The notes under the pieces were generated by a model that did no database searches, was not told the DNA's origin, and worked only from the letters and a program-made list of their open reading frames with translations. The position numbers were made by a program, and so were the translations under genes. Shown one piece after another: positions 1 to 13,400 of a stretch of DNA of 64,000 nt (position 1 is its first letter; each line of letters begins with the position of its first letter). The stretch comes from Myxococcota bacterium (GTDB taxonomy: Bacteria > Myxococcota > XYA12-FULL-58-9 > JALHOP01), in contig JBGGMJ010000010.1 of NCBI GenBank assembly GCA_041288095.1, positions 19,581-83,580 on the forward strand, in the 5' to 3' direction.

Positions 1-156
1 CGACAGATCGTTGACGCCGAGCGACTGCGGCACGAAGAAGAAACACTCGACGCGGTAGCGGTTGTGTTTGACGCTCGGATCGATGGCGTAGTCGAGCTTG
101 ATCTCGATGTGATGCTTGTCGTGGAGCTCAATCCGCTTGTCGATCGCGTCACGCAA
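1..156 (-). CDS. 5' part of a hypothetical protein running off the window start
   Basis: Open frame read by hand from TTG at 156 (LRDAIDKRIELHDKHHIEIKLDYAIDPSVKHNRYRVECFFFVPQSLGVN...), host-like codon usage; not in the ORF track because it is truncated. Confidence 0.6.
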   Translation of the reverse strand, partial: MRDAIDKRIELHDKHHIEIKLDYAIDPSVKHNRYRVECFFFVPQSLGVNDLS

Positions 157-378
157 TTGTCACAACCCATTTCCCCGTGGAGATCGTACCTCCAACATAC
201 TGATTACGCTACAAAATGGGCTTCTATTCAGTCCTTCGAAGCCCCGCTTTGGGCGGGGCGGGTGTCACAGAAACGTCATTTTGTGTGCCGATGTAGGCGC
301 TGCGCTTTTGCCTTCCAAGCGTGTACAGAGCATGCTTTTGAGAGCACATAGCCGCCCTTAGAAGGCATTCGAGATCCA

Positions 379-2091
379 GTGGAACGACAGCGTCCCGACA
401 CCAGCAGCGACGAGATCGACCTCTACATTCGCACGTATTATTCGCTGCTTCGCAGCAGCGGCGAGGTCCGTGTCCGCTCCTTCGAGGAAGCGCACATCTA
501 CAGCAACTCGAGTCTCCACGAGGGCGCCAAGGACACCCGTCCCGACATCTCCGCCTTCGGCTACGCGGCCGGCCGCGTGCCCGAATCCATGTCGGACGTG
601 CGGCGCGTTCTGCTCGGCCAAGCCGAGGAACAGTTCGTCGCCGCCGGCGCCAACATCCAAGATTGGCAACGGGTCAGCGCCCGCGGCCGCCGCCGGCCAT
701 ACCGCTACGACGGACGGGGCACGCTCGCCGCCTTCATCGCCAGCGCCTCGGACATCGACGATCTGGTGCCGATCCTCACCGCCTACCAGATCGAATGGAA
801 CAAGATTCACATGCTGCTGGCGCAGAGCACTGTCGGCCAGGAGCTCGCCCGCGGCGAGATCACCGTTGGTGACAAGGACCTCGACGCGCGTCTCGCCGAA
901 GCGCTGGACCTACCGATCGAGCTGGTCGCGCGCTTGAAACAGGCGCTCGGCAAGTCGGCGGCGCACGGTCTCAAGCTCATGGCGAGCATGCGCCTCGATC
1001 TGCGCTTGCAGCTGCTCGCCGGCTCGTTCAATCACTACCAGAAGGCGACGCAGCGCTGGTGGAGCGGCATCGAGCCCGTCTACTTGAAGACGAGCAAGGG
1101 TCCGCAAAAGCGGCCGGTCTACTTCGTCTCTTCGAACACTCACTCGCTGGCAAACCTCCTCGGTGGCTATGCCCTCGAGCACAAGGAGCAGCTCCTCGCC
1201 ACGGCCAAGGCGCACGACCCCGACGGCGTTTGGAGTCAGCTCGAGCGCGCGGTCGCCGAAGGCTCGGACGAAGCCGCCAATCTCCTCTACTTCGTGTTGC
1301 GCGCGCACCTGCGCTTGTCGCCCGGCTCCATGGAGAGCGTCCAGCGCTGGGACGAATCGAACGGCATCTACACGGTGCCCGACCCGGGCCACATCGAGGT
1401 CGGCGCTCAGGTGATCGAGCTCGACAAGATGGTGCCCGATCGCGTCGATCCGCGATTGCGGATCCCCGGCCTCGAGCGTCTGCGCAAGAGCAACGCCGTC
1501 ATCATCAACGTCGACTACCCGCTGGGCATGGCCGCCTATCAGCTTCTATCGCGCGTCGGCCAAGGCGTCGGCGAAGTCCGTGGCCTCTACCTCATGGGCA
1601 AGGCCGCGACTCTCAACGCCCGCGTCGGCGACGTGATGATCTCGAAGGTCGTGCAGGACGAGCACTCGAAGAACACCTATATGGTGAGCAACTGCTTCAA
1701 CTCCGGCGACGTCGCCCCGTACCTTCGCTACGGCACGGTCTTCGACAACCAGAAGGCGCTCACCGTGCGCAGCGCCTTCCTGCAGAATCGCGAGTACATG
1801 GGTGTCTTCTATCGCGAAGGCTACACCGTGCTCGAGATGGAAGCGGGGCCGTACCTCTCGGGCATCTTCGAGCTGGTCGATCCGAACCGCCACCCCAACG
1901 ACGAGCTCGTGAACGTCGGCGAGCGCACGAACTTCGACGTCGGCGTGCTGCACTACGCGTCCGATACTCCGTATAGCCGCCGTCAGAGTCTGCTATCGAA
2001 GAGCATGGGCTTCTTCGGCATCGACTCGACCTACGCTTGCGCCATCGCGATCACGCGGCGCATCTTGTCGCAAGAGATCCAGCGACTTTAA
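379..2091 (+). CDS. Conserved hypothetical protein (DUF6909-like) with a nucleoside-phosphorylase-like C-terminal half
   Basis: 570-aa ORF with host codon bias; motifs MGKAATLN..GDV, LEMEAGPY and HYASD resemble the PNP/AMP-nucleosidase fold. Confidence 0.6.
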   Translation: MERQRPDTSSDEIDLYIRTYYSLLRSSGEVRVRSFEEAHIYSNSSLHEGAKDTRPDISAFGYAAGRVPESMSDVRRVLLGQAEEQFVAAGANIQDWQRVSARGRRRPYRYDGRGTLAAFIASASDIDDLVPILTAYQIEWNKIHMLLAQSTVGQELARGEITVGDKDLDARLAEALDLPIELVARLKQALGKSAAHGLKLMASMRLDLRLQLLAGSFNHYQKATQRWWSGIEPVYLKTSKGPQKRPVYFVSSNTHSLANLLGGYALEHKEQLLATAKAHDPDGVWSQLERAVAEGSDEAANLLYFVLRAHLRLSPGSMESVQRWDESNGIYTVPDPGHIEVGAQVIELDKMVPDRVDPRLRIPGLERLRKSNAVIINVDYPLGMAAYQLLSRVGQGVGEVRGLYLMGKAATLNARVGDVMISKVVQDEHSKNTYMVSNCFNSGDVAPYLRYGTVFDNQKALTVRSAFLQNREYMGVFYREGYTVLEMEAGPYLSGIFELVDPNRHPNDELVNVGERTNFDVGVLHYASDTPYSRRQSLLSKSMGFFGIDSTYACAIAITRRILSQEIQRL

Positions 2092-3851
2092 CGCGACAGA
2101 AAACGTCCCGCCGAGCGCACGCCGGAGAAGAACGCGCCCCAGCCCGTGACGTACGCGCTCGCCGCCCCGCCGAGGTCGCCGTGGGCAAGCGAAGAAGCCC
2201 AGTTCTTCACCGAACCGGCATAAACTCCCGCGGCACCCGCATAGGCGCCGGCGTCATATCTGCGCGCCTCGCTGCGCGAGAGCATGCGCGGCGGGGGTGC
2301 GAGCGGATAGATGGTGTCGACCGCCTCGCCGCGTCCGCGCAGGCACATGTTGGTGATCGCGGTGGCCGCGGCTTCCCCCGAGCGCCATGCGCCACCGACT
2401 CGATCAGCGACGTTCAAGTGGCTGCCGGCATCGACGATGCGCGACCCACCGACGCTTTCCTTGTACGCTTGGATCTTCGCCGAAATGCCCGGGGGTGAGT
2501 CGACGATAGCGGACGGAATTTTCACGACCGCGGCGAACTCGAGCTCGGCGTCCGCGAGCCCTGGGATCTGTCTCGCGAGGGATGCGCGCGTCAGGTCGAG
2601 GACCTCTTCGGCCGACTTGTCGAGGAGCCCGAGGCTCTCGACTTTGTCGCCCAGCGCCATGCACTGCACGGTGTCGACACCCGGAACGCGACCACCGACC
2701 GCTCCCGAGTGGAACGACACGCTGGTGATGAAGTCCTTCGGCCCGTGGTGCTTCGGCGCGTTGATGAGCCCGTAGACGTCGGCGTCATGGAAGCGCTCGA
2801 GCACCTTGCGCGCGTTGCGCACGCCCAAGATCACGTTCACCGTGGGCGTATAGGTCCGGCCGCGCACCGCGCGCTCTTCCTCGGTCTTCGGTGGGGCAAT
2901 GCGCGCCGCGACATCGGAGGTCGTGGCGAGGACCGCGTAGTCGAAGCTCTCGGATTTGCCCGCAATCGTGGCGCGCACGCCTTTCTTCGTCTCTTCGAGG
3001 GCGGTGACCGGTGCGTTCAAGCGGACACTGGCGGCGCCGTAACGCTCTCGGATGCGGTCGACGGCGCGCGGTCCAATAGCGCCAAAGCCGTCGTGCAGCG
3101 TCCAGCCATGCTCGCCGCGCAAGCCGCAGCCGGTGATTGATGCGACGTTGGCGATGCTCGCTTGCTCGGGCGTCTTGAAATACAGCGCCGCGAGCTCTGC
3201 ATCCGCGAGGTCCCCGACGCCGTCACCGAAGGTGTCGCGGAACCAGCTGGAGCGCCGGCGGTCCTCGCCGACCCAATGTTCGGAGGCGTCGGGCAAACGG
3301 TGGTGCCACTTGCGGCTCCACTCGTCCATCATGCGGCGCACGCCGTCCCACAACCCCGCATCGAGCAGCGAGCCGCCGCGGGCTTGCTCGACCTTGTAAA
3401 ACGAAGCTGGGTTCGCGATATCGACCACGATCGGCGTCTTCGAGGCACCGCGAAACAAGGTCACGCGTGGCGCTTGTTGGCGCTTCTCGCCGTCGAGCCC
3501 GAGCTCGCCTACCGCCCGCCAAAACGGACCATAGCTCTCTGGCGCCATCTGCGCGCCGAGCTGGCCGACGCCGTGGCTACCGTCTTTGCGCGCGAAGGTC
3601 AGACTGTCGGCGCGACCCATGACGTGGTCGGCTGCTTCGCACACCACGACTTCACGGACACCCCGGCGCAGGAGCTCGAGTGCCGCCGCGAGCCCCGCCG
3701 GACCGGCGCCAACGACGAGCACGCGGGCGTCGACCCTGGGACTTGGTTTGCGCTCGGTCGGGCGCGCGCTGGTCGCCTCGGCGACGCGGCCTAGAAGCTT
3801 GACGTCGCGGCCACGGACGACTTCGAGGTGTGGGCCAGGTCCAATACGCAT
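2088..3851 (-). CDS. FAD-dependent oxidoreductase (amine oxidase/protoporphyrinogen oxidase-like) with N- and C-terminal extensions
   Basis: VLVVGAGPAGLAAA...VCEA..HVMGR Rossmann motif, LGAQM, LNAPVTAL, C-terminal AGSH..GAWRSGEAAA. Confidence 0.8.
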   Translation of the reverse strand: MRIGPGPHLEVVRGRDVKLLGRVAEATSARPTERKPSPRVDARVLVVGAGPAGLAAALELLRRGVREVVVCEAADHVMGRADSLTFARKDGSHGVGQLGAQMAPESYGPFWRAVGELGLDGEKRQQAPRVTLFRGASKTPIVVDIANPASFYKVEQARGGSLLDAGLWDGVRRMMDEWSRKWHHRLPDASEHWVGEDRRRSSWFRDTFGDGVGDLADAELAALYFKTPEQASIANVASITGCGLRGEHGWTLHDGFGAIGPRAVDRIRERYGAASVRLNAPVTALEETKKGVRATIAGKSESFDYAVLATTSDVAARIAPPKTEEERAVRGRTYTPTVNVILGVRNARKVLERFHDADVYGLINAPKHHGPKDFITSVSFHSGAVGGRVPGVDTVQCMALGDKVESLGLLDKSAEEVLDLTRASLARQIPGLADAELEFAAVVKIPSAIVDSPPGISAKIQAYKESVGGSRIVDAGSHLNVADRVGGAWRSGEAAATAITNMCLRGRGEAVDTIYPLAPPPRMLSRSEARRYDAGAYAGAAGVYAGSVKNWASSLAHGDLGGAASAYVTGWGAFFSGVRSAGRFLSR

Positions 3852-3858
3852 GGCCTCG

Positions 3859-3886
3859 ATATCGAGGTGGTCACCCTAGGCGTTGC
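3859..3886 (-). promoter_or_regulatory. Degenerate sigma28-like promoter (GCAA-N16-CTCGATAT)
   Basis: Variant of the motif seen at 51621, 60657 and 62772; -10 box ends ~8 nt before the ATG at 3851 (leaderless geometry). Confidence 0.35.
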
Positions 3887-3926
3887 CTCGGAAGGGGTGC
3901 CAAGGTGGCCTTCGCCGGGGTGACCG

Positions 3927-5528
3927 TCAGGCCTCGTCGTTGTCCACGCGGAAGGTCGAGACCTCGGCCTCGAGGAGCGACGCGATGTCCGCCATCTGAT
4001 TAGCGGCGCGGGTGACCTCCTGTGCGAGCGCGGTCGCGCTGGTCGAGACCGCCGTGATCTCGCCCATGGCCGACGAGACCTGCTCGGAGCTCGAGAGCTG
4101 TTGCTGGGTGATCTCGAAGATCTGCCGCGCCGAGCCAACGGCGCGCTCGACGAGCTCGAACATCTCTTTCGTCGCCGACACCATCGTCTCCATTTCGGAG
4201 ACGCCGTGTTTGGTCGCCTCGGAGCTGTCGCGGCTGGCCGTCAAGGAAGCGCGTGTCGCGTCGCCGATGATGGCGATGGTCTCTTTCACTTCGCGCGTCG
4301 AGCTCATGACGCTCTCGGCGAGGCGGCGCATCTCCTGAGCGACCAGCGAGAAGCCCTTGCCGACGTCGCCGGCGCGCGCGCCTTCGAGCGCGGCATTCAG
4401 CGCCAGCAGGTCCAAGCGATCGGAGATGCTCTCGATGATGTCGATGACCGAGATGATGGCGCGGCTGTGCTCGTAGAGCTCCTGGACGCGTGCGCTCACC
4501 ATGTCGTTGCGATCGGAGATCTCGCGCATGGCGCTGCGGGCCGCCTCCACTGCTTCCGTGGCTCCACGGAGCTGGTCCGACATGCGCTGGCCGAGGCCCG
4601 CGAGATCCTGCGAGCGGCCCGCGATGGCGTGCGCGGTGCTCGTGAGCGCCTCCATCGAGTGCGTCACCTCGTCGATGCTCGCCGTCTGCTCGGAGACGCC
4701 CGACTCCTGCGCTTTCGACGACATGACGATGTCGGCGGCGGCTTCGCTGACGCGGGTGGTTGCGGAGCGGACGCCCCCGACGATCTTGCGCAAGCTGCCG
4801 ACCATGCCGTTCAAGCTGGCCCCGAAGATCGAGAATTCGTCGCGCGTCTCCACATTCGCCTGCACGCGGAGGTTGCCGGCGCTGACCTCGTTCGAGACGC
4901 GCATCAGCGTGTAGAGCGGCCGCACGAGCAGCTGTCCCGCGAGGATCGCGATGGCGGCGCCGATGAGAATGAAGACGATGAAGATGACGACGACGCGCAT
5001 GACCGTGTTGCGCGTTTGCCTGCCGATGGGCGTGACGTCGAGGCCAACATGCAAGGTGCCGGCGTCGACCGGCGAGCTGATGTCGATGACGTCGAAGTCG
5101 GGGATACGGAATTCGGAGACCATGACCTCCGAGTCGTCACCCTGGGGAACGCCGCTGTCGGCGGTGCGGATCAGCGCCTGCACGAGCGGTGAGGGGACGA
5201 GGTCGGGGAACGAGCTGGCGATCGGAGCGCCACGAACGTCGAGGACGACGAAGTAGCGGACGGCCTCGAGATCGGACAGGGCTCGCAAGCGATCGGCGAG
5301 GGCTGCTTGGCGACCGGCGGCGACGAACTCGTTCGCCGTCACCTCGATGGCGCGCGTCAGCGATAGGCCGCGGGTGATGAACTGACGCCGCAGGATGTCG
5401 GCTGCATCCGCGCCGATGACCCAGGCGGTGACGATGCCCAAGCAGACGAGCACGATGGACATGACCGCCGAGATCTTGGGCCCAAGCCCCACGACCTTGC
5501 TCGCAATGCCACTGACGATCGACGTCAT
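3927..5528 (-). CDS. Methyl-accepting chemotaxis protein
   Basis: Two TM segments, HAMP domain, signalling motif [31 protein letters not shown]. Confidence 0.92.
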   Translation of the reverse strand: MTSIVSGIASKVVGLGPKISAVMSIVLVCLGIVTAWVIGADAADILRRQFITRGLSLTRAIEVTANEFVAAGRQAALADRLRALSDLEAVRYFVVLDVRGAPIASSFPDLVPSPLVQALIRTADSGVPQGDDSEVMVSEFRIPDFDVIDISSPVDAGTLHVGLDVTPIGRQTRNTVMRVVVIFIVFILIGAAIAILAGQLLVRPLYTLMRVSNEVSAGNLRVQANVETRDEFSIFGASLNGMVGSLRKIVGGVRSATTRVSEAAADIVMSSKAQESGVSEQTASIDEVTHSMEALTSTAHAIAGRSQDLAGLGQRMSDQLRGATEAVEAARSAMREISDRNDMVSARVQELYEHSRAIISVIDIIESISDRLDLLALNAALEGARAGDVGKGFSLVAQEMRRLAESVMSSTREVKETIAIIGDATRASLTASRDSSEATKHGVSEMETMVSATKEMFELVERAVGSARQIFEITQQQLSSSEQVSSAMGEITAVSTSATALAQEVTRAANQMADIASLLEAEVSTFRVDNDEA

Positions 5529-5669
5529 CGGTCGCGAGTATCCTCAAAGTTCGAGCGGAATGCGCGTTTTTTGCCACTATTCATGTCATCGATGGCGGCT
5601 ATTGGGGTCACTACGGATTTACTAAGCAGCGGACCGGTATATCTTCCCCTCCATCAAGGAGGATCGCCC

Positions 5670-6368
5670 ATGTTGACGATTCGCAAAGCAGGCGAGCGCG
5701 GCCATGCCAATCACGGCTGGCTCGACACGTTTCATACCTTTTCCTTCGCTGGATATTACGACCCCAAACACATGGGGTTTCGCGCGCTCCGCGTCATCAA
5801 CGACGACCGCGTCGATGGCGGTGCTGGGTTTCCGACGCACCCGCACAGCGACATGGAGATCATCACGTACATCCTCGACGGCGCGCTGCAACACCGCGAC
5901 TCGATGGGCACGGGATCGGTGATCAAGCGGGGCGACGTGCAGCGCATGAGCGCCGGCACCGGCGTCACCCACAGCGAGTTCAACGCGTCACCTGACCAGC
6001 AGGTGCACCTGCTGCAGATCTGGCTGTTGCCCGAGCGCGAGGATCTCAAGCCTTCCTACGAGGAGAAGCACTTCAGCGAAGATGAGCGCTCCAACGTCCT
6101 CAAGTTGGTCGCTTCGCGTGGCGGCGAGGCCGGTAGCATCCACATCAATCAAGATGTGCGCCTCTACGCGTCGTTGCTCGCCAAGGGAAAGACGGTCGAG
6201 CACACCATCGCCAAAGGCCGGCACGCCTGGTTGCAAGTGGCGCGTGGTGGCTTGCGCGTGAACGATCTGGCGCTCGCGACCGGCGACGGCCTCGCGGTCA
6301 GCTCGGAAGACAAGCTGCAGATCAGCGCGACCGAGGACAGCGAGCTCTTGCTCTTCGACCTCGCCTAG
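5670..6368 (+). CDS. Pirin family protein (YhhW-like)
   Basis: RGHANHGWLDTFHTFSFA, GFPTHPHSDMEI, MSAGTGVTHSE; AAGGAGG RBS before ATG 5670. Confidence 0.93.
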   Translation: MLTIRKAGERGHANHGWLDTFHTFSFAGYYDPKHMGFRALRVINDDRVDGGAGFPTHPHSDMEIITYILDGALQHRDSMGTGSVIKRGDVQRMSAGTGVTHSEFNASPDQQVHLLQIWLLPEREDLKPSYEEKHFSEDERSNVLKLVASRGGEAGSIHINQDVRLYASLLAKGKTVEHTIAKGRHAWLQVARGGLRVNDLALATGDGLAVSSEDKLQISATEDSELLLFDLA

Positions 6369-6394
6369 TGCCGCCTCGAGTGGCGGCCCACTAG

Positions 6395-8619
<2,225 letters not shown>

Positions 8620-8623
<4 letters not shown>

Positions 8624-10755
8624 GTTCGCTTGCCGTAGACCAAGAGCATGAGCGAGCCCTCGATGAGATTGACCTGGGCGGCGCTGATGACGTGGGGGTG
8701 GGTACCGCCGGTGTCGAGCTCGCTGCGCCAGGTTCCGGCGGCTGGGAGTTGGGGCAAGGTGAAGGAGCACGCGGTCGCGTCGGCGTTCATGAGCAGCAAG
8801 AGTGTGGTGCCGGCGACCGTGTGTCCATGCTCATTCACTTCTTCCGTGGACTCGCCCGCGATCAACATGCCGAGAACGCGACATTCCTCGTTGGCCCAAT
8901 CTTCGTCCTTCATCTCGGCGCCGTCGGGGCGCACCCAGGTGACGTCTTTGACGCCCGACTCGACGGTGCGGCCGGTGAAGAAGCTGTGCCTCCGTAGGAC
9001 CGGGTTGCGCCGGCGGAGCTGGAACACGAGCCGCGCGAAGGCCACGAGATCGGCGTTGCTCTTGGCGAGCGACCAGTCGACCCACGAGATGCCGTTGTCC
9101 TGACAGTAGGCGTTGTTGTTGCCGCTCTGGGTGCGGCCCATCTCGTCGCCGGCGACGAGCATAGGCACTCCCTGCGAGAAGGCGAGCGAGGCGAGGAAAT
9201 TGCGCAGCATGCGTTGGCGCACGCGCAGCACCTCGGGCTTGTCGGTCGGACCTTCGACGCCCCAGTTGCGGGACAGGTTGTGGTCGTGGCCGTCCTTGTT
9301 GGCCTCGCCATTCGCCTCGTTGTGCTTCTGCTCGTAGCTGACGAGATCGAGCAGCGTGTAGCCGTCGTGCGCGGTGACGAAGTTGATGCTCGCGGGCGCG
9401 ACGCCGGCGTTGTGGTGATAGATGTCGCTGTTGCCGGAGATGCGCGAGGCGAGCTCGGGGATCTTGCCGGCATCCCCGCGCCAGAAGCTGCGCAGGGCAT
9501 CGCGATAGCGGCCGTTCCACTCGGTCCAGCTCGCTGGGAAGTTACCGACTTGATAGCCGTTCGGCCCCAGGTCCCAGGGCTCGGCGATGAGCTTCACTTG
9601 CGAGAGCACCGGGTCCTGCTGGACCACGGTGAAGAATCTGCTATCGCGGTTGAACTCGACGGGTTCGCGCGCCAAGGCCGGTGCGAGGTCGAAGCGGAAA
9701 CCGTCGACATGCATGTCCGTGACCCAATAGCGCAGGCTGTCGAGCACGAGCTGCAGGCCGCGCGGGTGCCTGGTGTCGACCGTATTGCCGCAGCCGGTGA
9801 AGTCTTCGTTCGAGCGCCACTCGTCGGGCTTGAGCCGGTAGTACTGGAGGTTACCGAAGCCGCGTAGCGACAGAGTCGGGCCGGCCTGGTTGCCTTCACA
9901 GGTGTGGTTGTAGACGACGTCGAGAATCACCTCGATGCCGGCTCGGTGCAGCGCCTTCACCATCGCCTTGAACTCGATCACCTGCGCGCCCAGGCCACTG
10001 CCGGCAAAACGCGAGTCGGGCGCGAAAAAAGCGAGCGTGTTGTAGCCCCAGAAGTTGGTGAGGCCGCGCTCGACGAGCGGCCGTTCGGGCACCATGTGAT
10101 GCACGGGCAAGAGCTCGATGGCGGTGACGCCGAGCGACTTCAGGTGCTCGATGATCGGCGGTGACGAGACGCCGAGATAAGTGCCGCGCAGATGCTCCGG
10201 CACATCGGGGTGCCGCATGGTGAGGCCGCGCACGGAGGCCTCGTAGATGACGGTGTTGCTCCACGGCGTGTGTGGCGGCCGGTCGTCGCCCCATGGGTAG
10301 GTGGTGTCGACGACGATGGCTTTCGGGACGAAACCGGCGCTGTCGCGTTCGTCGAACGAGAGGTCGGCCGTGGGATCGCCAATCTTGTAGCCGTAGACGG
10401 CGTCGTCCCAGCGCAGGCCGCCGCTGACCGCTTTAGCGTACGGGTCGACGAGGAGCTTGTTGTGGTTGAAGCGCTGGCCCGCCGCCGGCTCGTAGGGTCC
10501 GTACGCCCTGTAGCCGTAGAGATGGCCGGGCCGCGCGTCCGGGAGGAACGCTTTCCAGACGTTGCCGGGCCGCTCGCGCGCGAGGTCCACTTGCGCGAAC
10601 GGCTTCGCGTCGTAGGGCTCGCGGTAAAGCTCGAGGACGACGCGGGTCGCCTGCTCGGAGTAGACCGCGAAGTTTACTCCCTCACCCGTCCATGTCGCGC
10701 CCAGGGGATAGGCCGAGCCTGGCCAGATGCGCGGGTTCATCACCAACGACGTCAT
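8620..10755 (-). CDS. glgX: Glycogen debranching enzyme
   Basis: PLGATW.GEGVNFAV, NFWGYN, DVVYNHT, DGFRFDLA, IAEPWD, FVTAHDG, QSGNNNAYCQDN; start is 10755 or 10740. Confidence 0.95.
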
Positions 10756-10796
10756 CGACCACGACACTAAGCACGTTTGTGGGAGCCGACAAAACC

Positions 10797-11861
10797 TTAC
10801 GGTTGCGGCGGGGGCACACGCTCGAGCTCGACGATGGTCGCGAGGCTCGCCATGGTCAGGCTCGAGCGACCGCCAAGGCTCCAAGCGGCGGTTGCGAGAT
10901 CGGGCCGGCCGTAGCCGGCGCGGATAAATCGGGATTGCGCCGCGGCGACCTGATCGAGCTCGCGGCCCGAGGCGATGGCGACCGCGGCGAGCAAGGCGGC
11001 GGTCCGCGGGGGGCGGCCCTCGGCGAAGTAGCGCAAGACCTCGCGTGTTTGCTCCGACGTCTTTCCCGCTTCGGCCGCGGCGGCCGCGACGAGCGCGGCA
11101 TAACGTGGCGGCACGTCCAGCTGGCGGACCTCGCGGAAGATGGTTGCTGCTGCCGGCCTCGCCGAGACCGCGAGCAAGGCAGCGACGTCTCCATCTTGTC
11201 CGCTAGAGCGGAATGCGGCGAACCGCGCGTAGCTGCCCTCGACGTCACGCACCGTCGCGAGCAGGGCCGCCGTCGCCTGAACGGTGCCCGAGCGGCGCAA
11301 GAGATTGACGTAGTCGGCTTGCATCACGGCGCCATCGGCCGGGCGATCGGTGGTCATCAGCGCCAGCGTCGTGGCTTCCGCCGCGGTCACGAACTGCCCA
11401 GGGCGATAGGCGTTGTAGAGCTCGAGGGCCCGCGCATCGTTGGTGGCCGAGCTGAGGAGCACGACATGGTCGACGTCGAGCTTGGCCTCTTCGAGCCGCG
11501 TCGAGCGCTCGTCGATGACCTTGTAGCTGTCGGCATCGATACGCTGGTTGAGCTGGCGCAGGCTCTCGGCGAGCCGGGCCAACGAGGTACGATCGGCCGC
11601 GACCTCTTGTTGGGCATCGACCAGGCTGGTGGAGCCGATCAGCCCCCCATAGGCGTGAGTGGGGTCGAATGAGGGGGGGCCGCCGGCTCCCTGGACGAGC
11701 TTGTCGAGGGCCGCCTCGTCGCGCCGGAGCTCCGCCGCGGCCGCCGCATGAGCCGCCCGAGCTTCGGCGAGCACCTCGCCCGGTGGCGTGGCCGACCCGA
11801 CGCGCTGCTCGATCGCCGTGGCCCGGGCAATTTGTGCGTCAATGGTCTCGAGGCCGAGCAT
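10797..11861 (-). CDS. Hypothetical Ala-rich coiled-coil protein
   Basis: 354-aa ORF with plausible codon usage; preceded by a sigma28-like promoter. Confidence 0.65.
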   Translation of the reverse strand: MLGLETIDAQIARATAIEQRVGSATPPGEVLAEARAAHAAAAAELRRDEAALDKLVQGAGGPPSFDPTHAYGGLIGSTSLVDAQQEVAADRTSLARLAESLRQLNQRIDADSYKVIDERSTRLEEAKLDVDHVVLLSSATNDARALELYNAYRPGQFVTAAEATTLALMTTDRPADGAVMQADYVNLLRRSGTVQATAALLATVRDVEGSYARFAAFRSSGQDGDVAALLAVSARPAAATIFREVRQLDVPPRYAALVAAAAAEAGKTSEQTREVLRYFAEGRPPRTAALLAAVAIASGRELDQVAAAQSRFIRAGYGRPDLATAAWSLGGRSSLTMASLATIVELERVPPPQP

Positions 11862-11880
11862 GGGGGGACTCCGGGGGAGG

Positions 11881-11907
11881 TTATCGGCGGCTCCTTCCTA
11901 GGGTTGT
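11881..11907 (-). promoter_or_regulatory. sigma28-like promoter (ACAA-N15-GCCGATAA)
   Basis: Exact GCCGATAA -10 box about 20 nt upstream of ATG 11861, 15-nt spacer. Confidence 0.55.
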
Positions 11908-11975
11908 GATCACGCATCCGAGTGAAATCGTGGCGATCGCGCGGCGCTCGACCTTTGGGCGCGGCATCGCTAAAG

Positions 11976-12782
11976 ATGGCGCCAGTGAGCGACCAGAAGC
12001 GCAAAGAAGCCATCGCCGAGCGGCTGGCACAGCACCCAGTCTTTCGCAGCCTCCCCCCCGAGGCGGTTGGCGCCTTGGTCGCCGAGGCAACGCTTTTCTA
12101 CCTGAACGCGGGGGAAGCGCTCTACGAGGCCAATTCGTCGGCCAAGCACGTCTTCGCGGTGCTCGAAGGCGCCCTGCAGATCGAATACCCGAAGCCCGGC
12201 GAGAACCGCGGCCTGGTCGTCGCCATGTTGAGCGCCCCGAGCTTCCTCGGGGAATGCCAGGTCATCCACGGCCGGCCATGGAGCGGTACCGGCATCGCCA
12301 TCGTACCGGTGCTTGCCGTCGGCATCGGTGCGCGACTGCTCGAGCGGACGATGATGACCTATCCGGCGCTCGGCATCGCCCTCTATCGGGAGGTCACGCA
12401 CCGCTTCCTGAACGCGATCAACTCGCGCAAGGAAGCGCCGGTTCGCTCGGTCGAAGAGCAACTCGCCCGCTTCATGGCGGGGAGCCTCGCGGCGATGGAA
12501 GGCGTCGTCCTGACCCGTCCCGAGGACGCCGCCGAGGGGGAGTCCGAAGACATGCTCCCCTACAGTCAGGCTACGCTCGGTCGCGCCACCGGTTTGCGGC
12601 GCGAAACCATCAACCGCATCCTCGCTCGCTGGGAGAAGGACGGGGTACTAAAAGCTGGCGCTCGCGGCGTTTCGGCCATCGACCGTGCGCGCCTCGAAGG
12701 CATTGCTGGCGCTGCCGGAGTCAGTCTCCTCCAGAGACTCGACAGCGACATCGGACCGGAGCTTACGCTCGGGCGTGAGTGA
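11976..12782 (+). CDS. Crp/Fnr family transcriptional regulator
   Basis: cNMP-binding barrel (HPVFRSL, GEALY, FLGE) plus HTH SQATLGRATGLRRETINRIL. Confidence 0.88.
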   Translation: MAPVSDQKRKEAIAERLAQHPVFRSLPPEAVGALVAEATLFYLNAGEALYEANSSAKHVFAVLEGALQIEYPKPGENRGLVVAMLSAPSFLGECQVIHGRPWSGTGIAIVPVLAVGIGARLLERTMMTYPALGIALYREVTHRFLNAINSRKEAPVRSVEEQLARFMAGSLAAMEGVVLTRPEDAAEGESEDMLPYSQATLGRATGLRRETINRILARWEKDGVLKAGARGVSAIDRARLEGIAGAAGVSLLQRLDSDIGPELTLGRE

Positions 12783-13400
12783 GTGCACCAGGCCGTTTTC
12801 GTCCTCGTGACCTTCGCTGACCTGCGAGACTTCCTCGTTGCCGCGCTCGCGGAGCTCGGCCAAGGCACGGAAGATCGAGCGGCGCGACAGCCCCAGCATC
12901 GAAGCCAAGATGTCGATCGACGGGGTCGGCGTCTCGAGGACCCGCAGCAGGCGCGAGAGGCGCTCTACCAAGCTCATGCTGTCGAGCTCGATCCAGCGGA
13001 TGGTGGTGGCGTAGCGGCGAGCCAGGTCGTCGGTCAGCCAGTTGCGCAGCTCCGAGGAGCCTTCCCATTCGCGGATGAACTCTTCACGTGAGAGCGTCAT
13101 CAAGCGGGACGGGGTGACCAGGCGGACGGTGTCGCGAGCCGAGCAATTCGCCAGGACGTCGCGGTCGCCGAGGATGGCCGGGGCGCGAACCAGCAAGGTG
13201 GTGCGGCTAGCACTGCCTTCGCCGACGTAAGCGCGGGCGTAGCCCGAGGCGAGGATGTACACGCCGTCGCTTGGATCGCCTGCGTGGTAAAGAGCTTGTT
13301 CGGCACGGGCGCGCAGGGTGCAACGCTCTCCCATCGCTTCTTCGAGCTGGGTCGTCGGGGTCGAAACCGCTTCGCGCAACGTGGTGAGTAGACTGCTCAT
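12648..13400 (-). CDS. Crp/Fnr family transcriptional regulator (degenerate)
   Basis: LYHAGDPSDGVYILASG cNMP-like domain, HTH ILASMLGLSRRSIFRAL; 3' end overlaps the convergent Crp gene. Confidence 0.75.
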   Translation of the reverse strand: MSSLLTTLREAVSTPTTQLEEAMGERCTLRARAEQALYHAGDPSDGVYILASGYARAYVGEGSASRTTLLVRAPAILGDRDVLANCSARDTVRLVTPSRLMTLSREEFIREWEGSSELRNWLTDDLARRYATTIRWIELDSMSLVERLSRLLRVLETPTPSIDILASMLGLSRRSIFRALAELRERGNEEVSQVSEGHEDENGLVHSLTPERKLRSDVAVESLEETDSGSASNAFEARTVDGRNAASASF

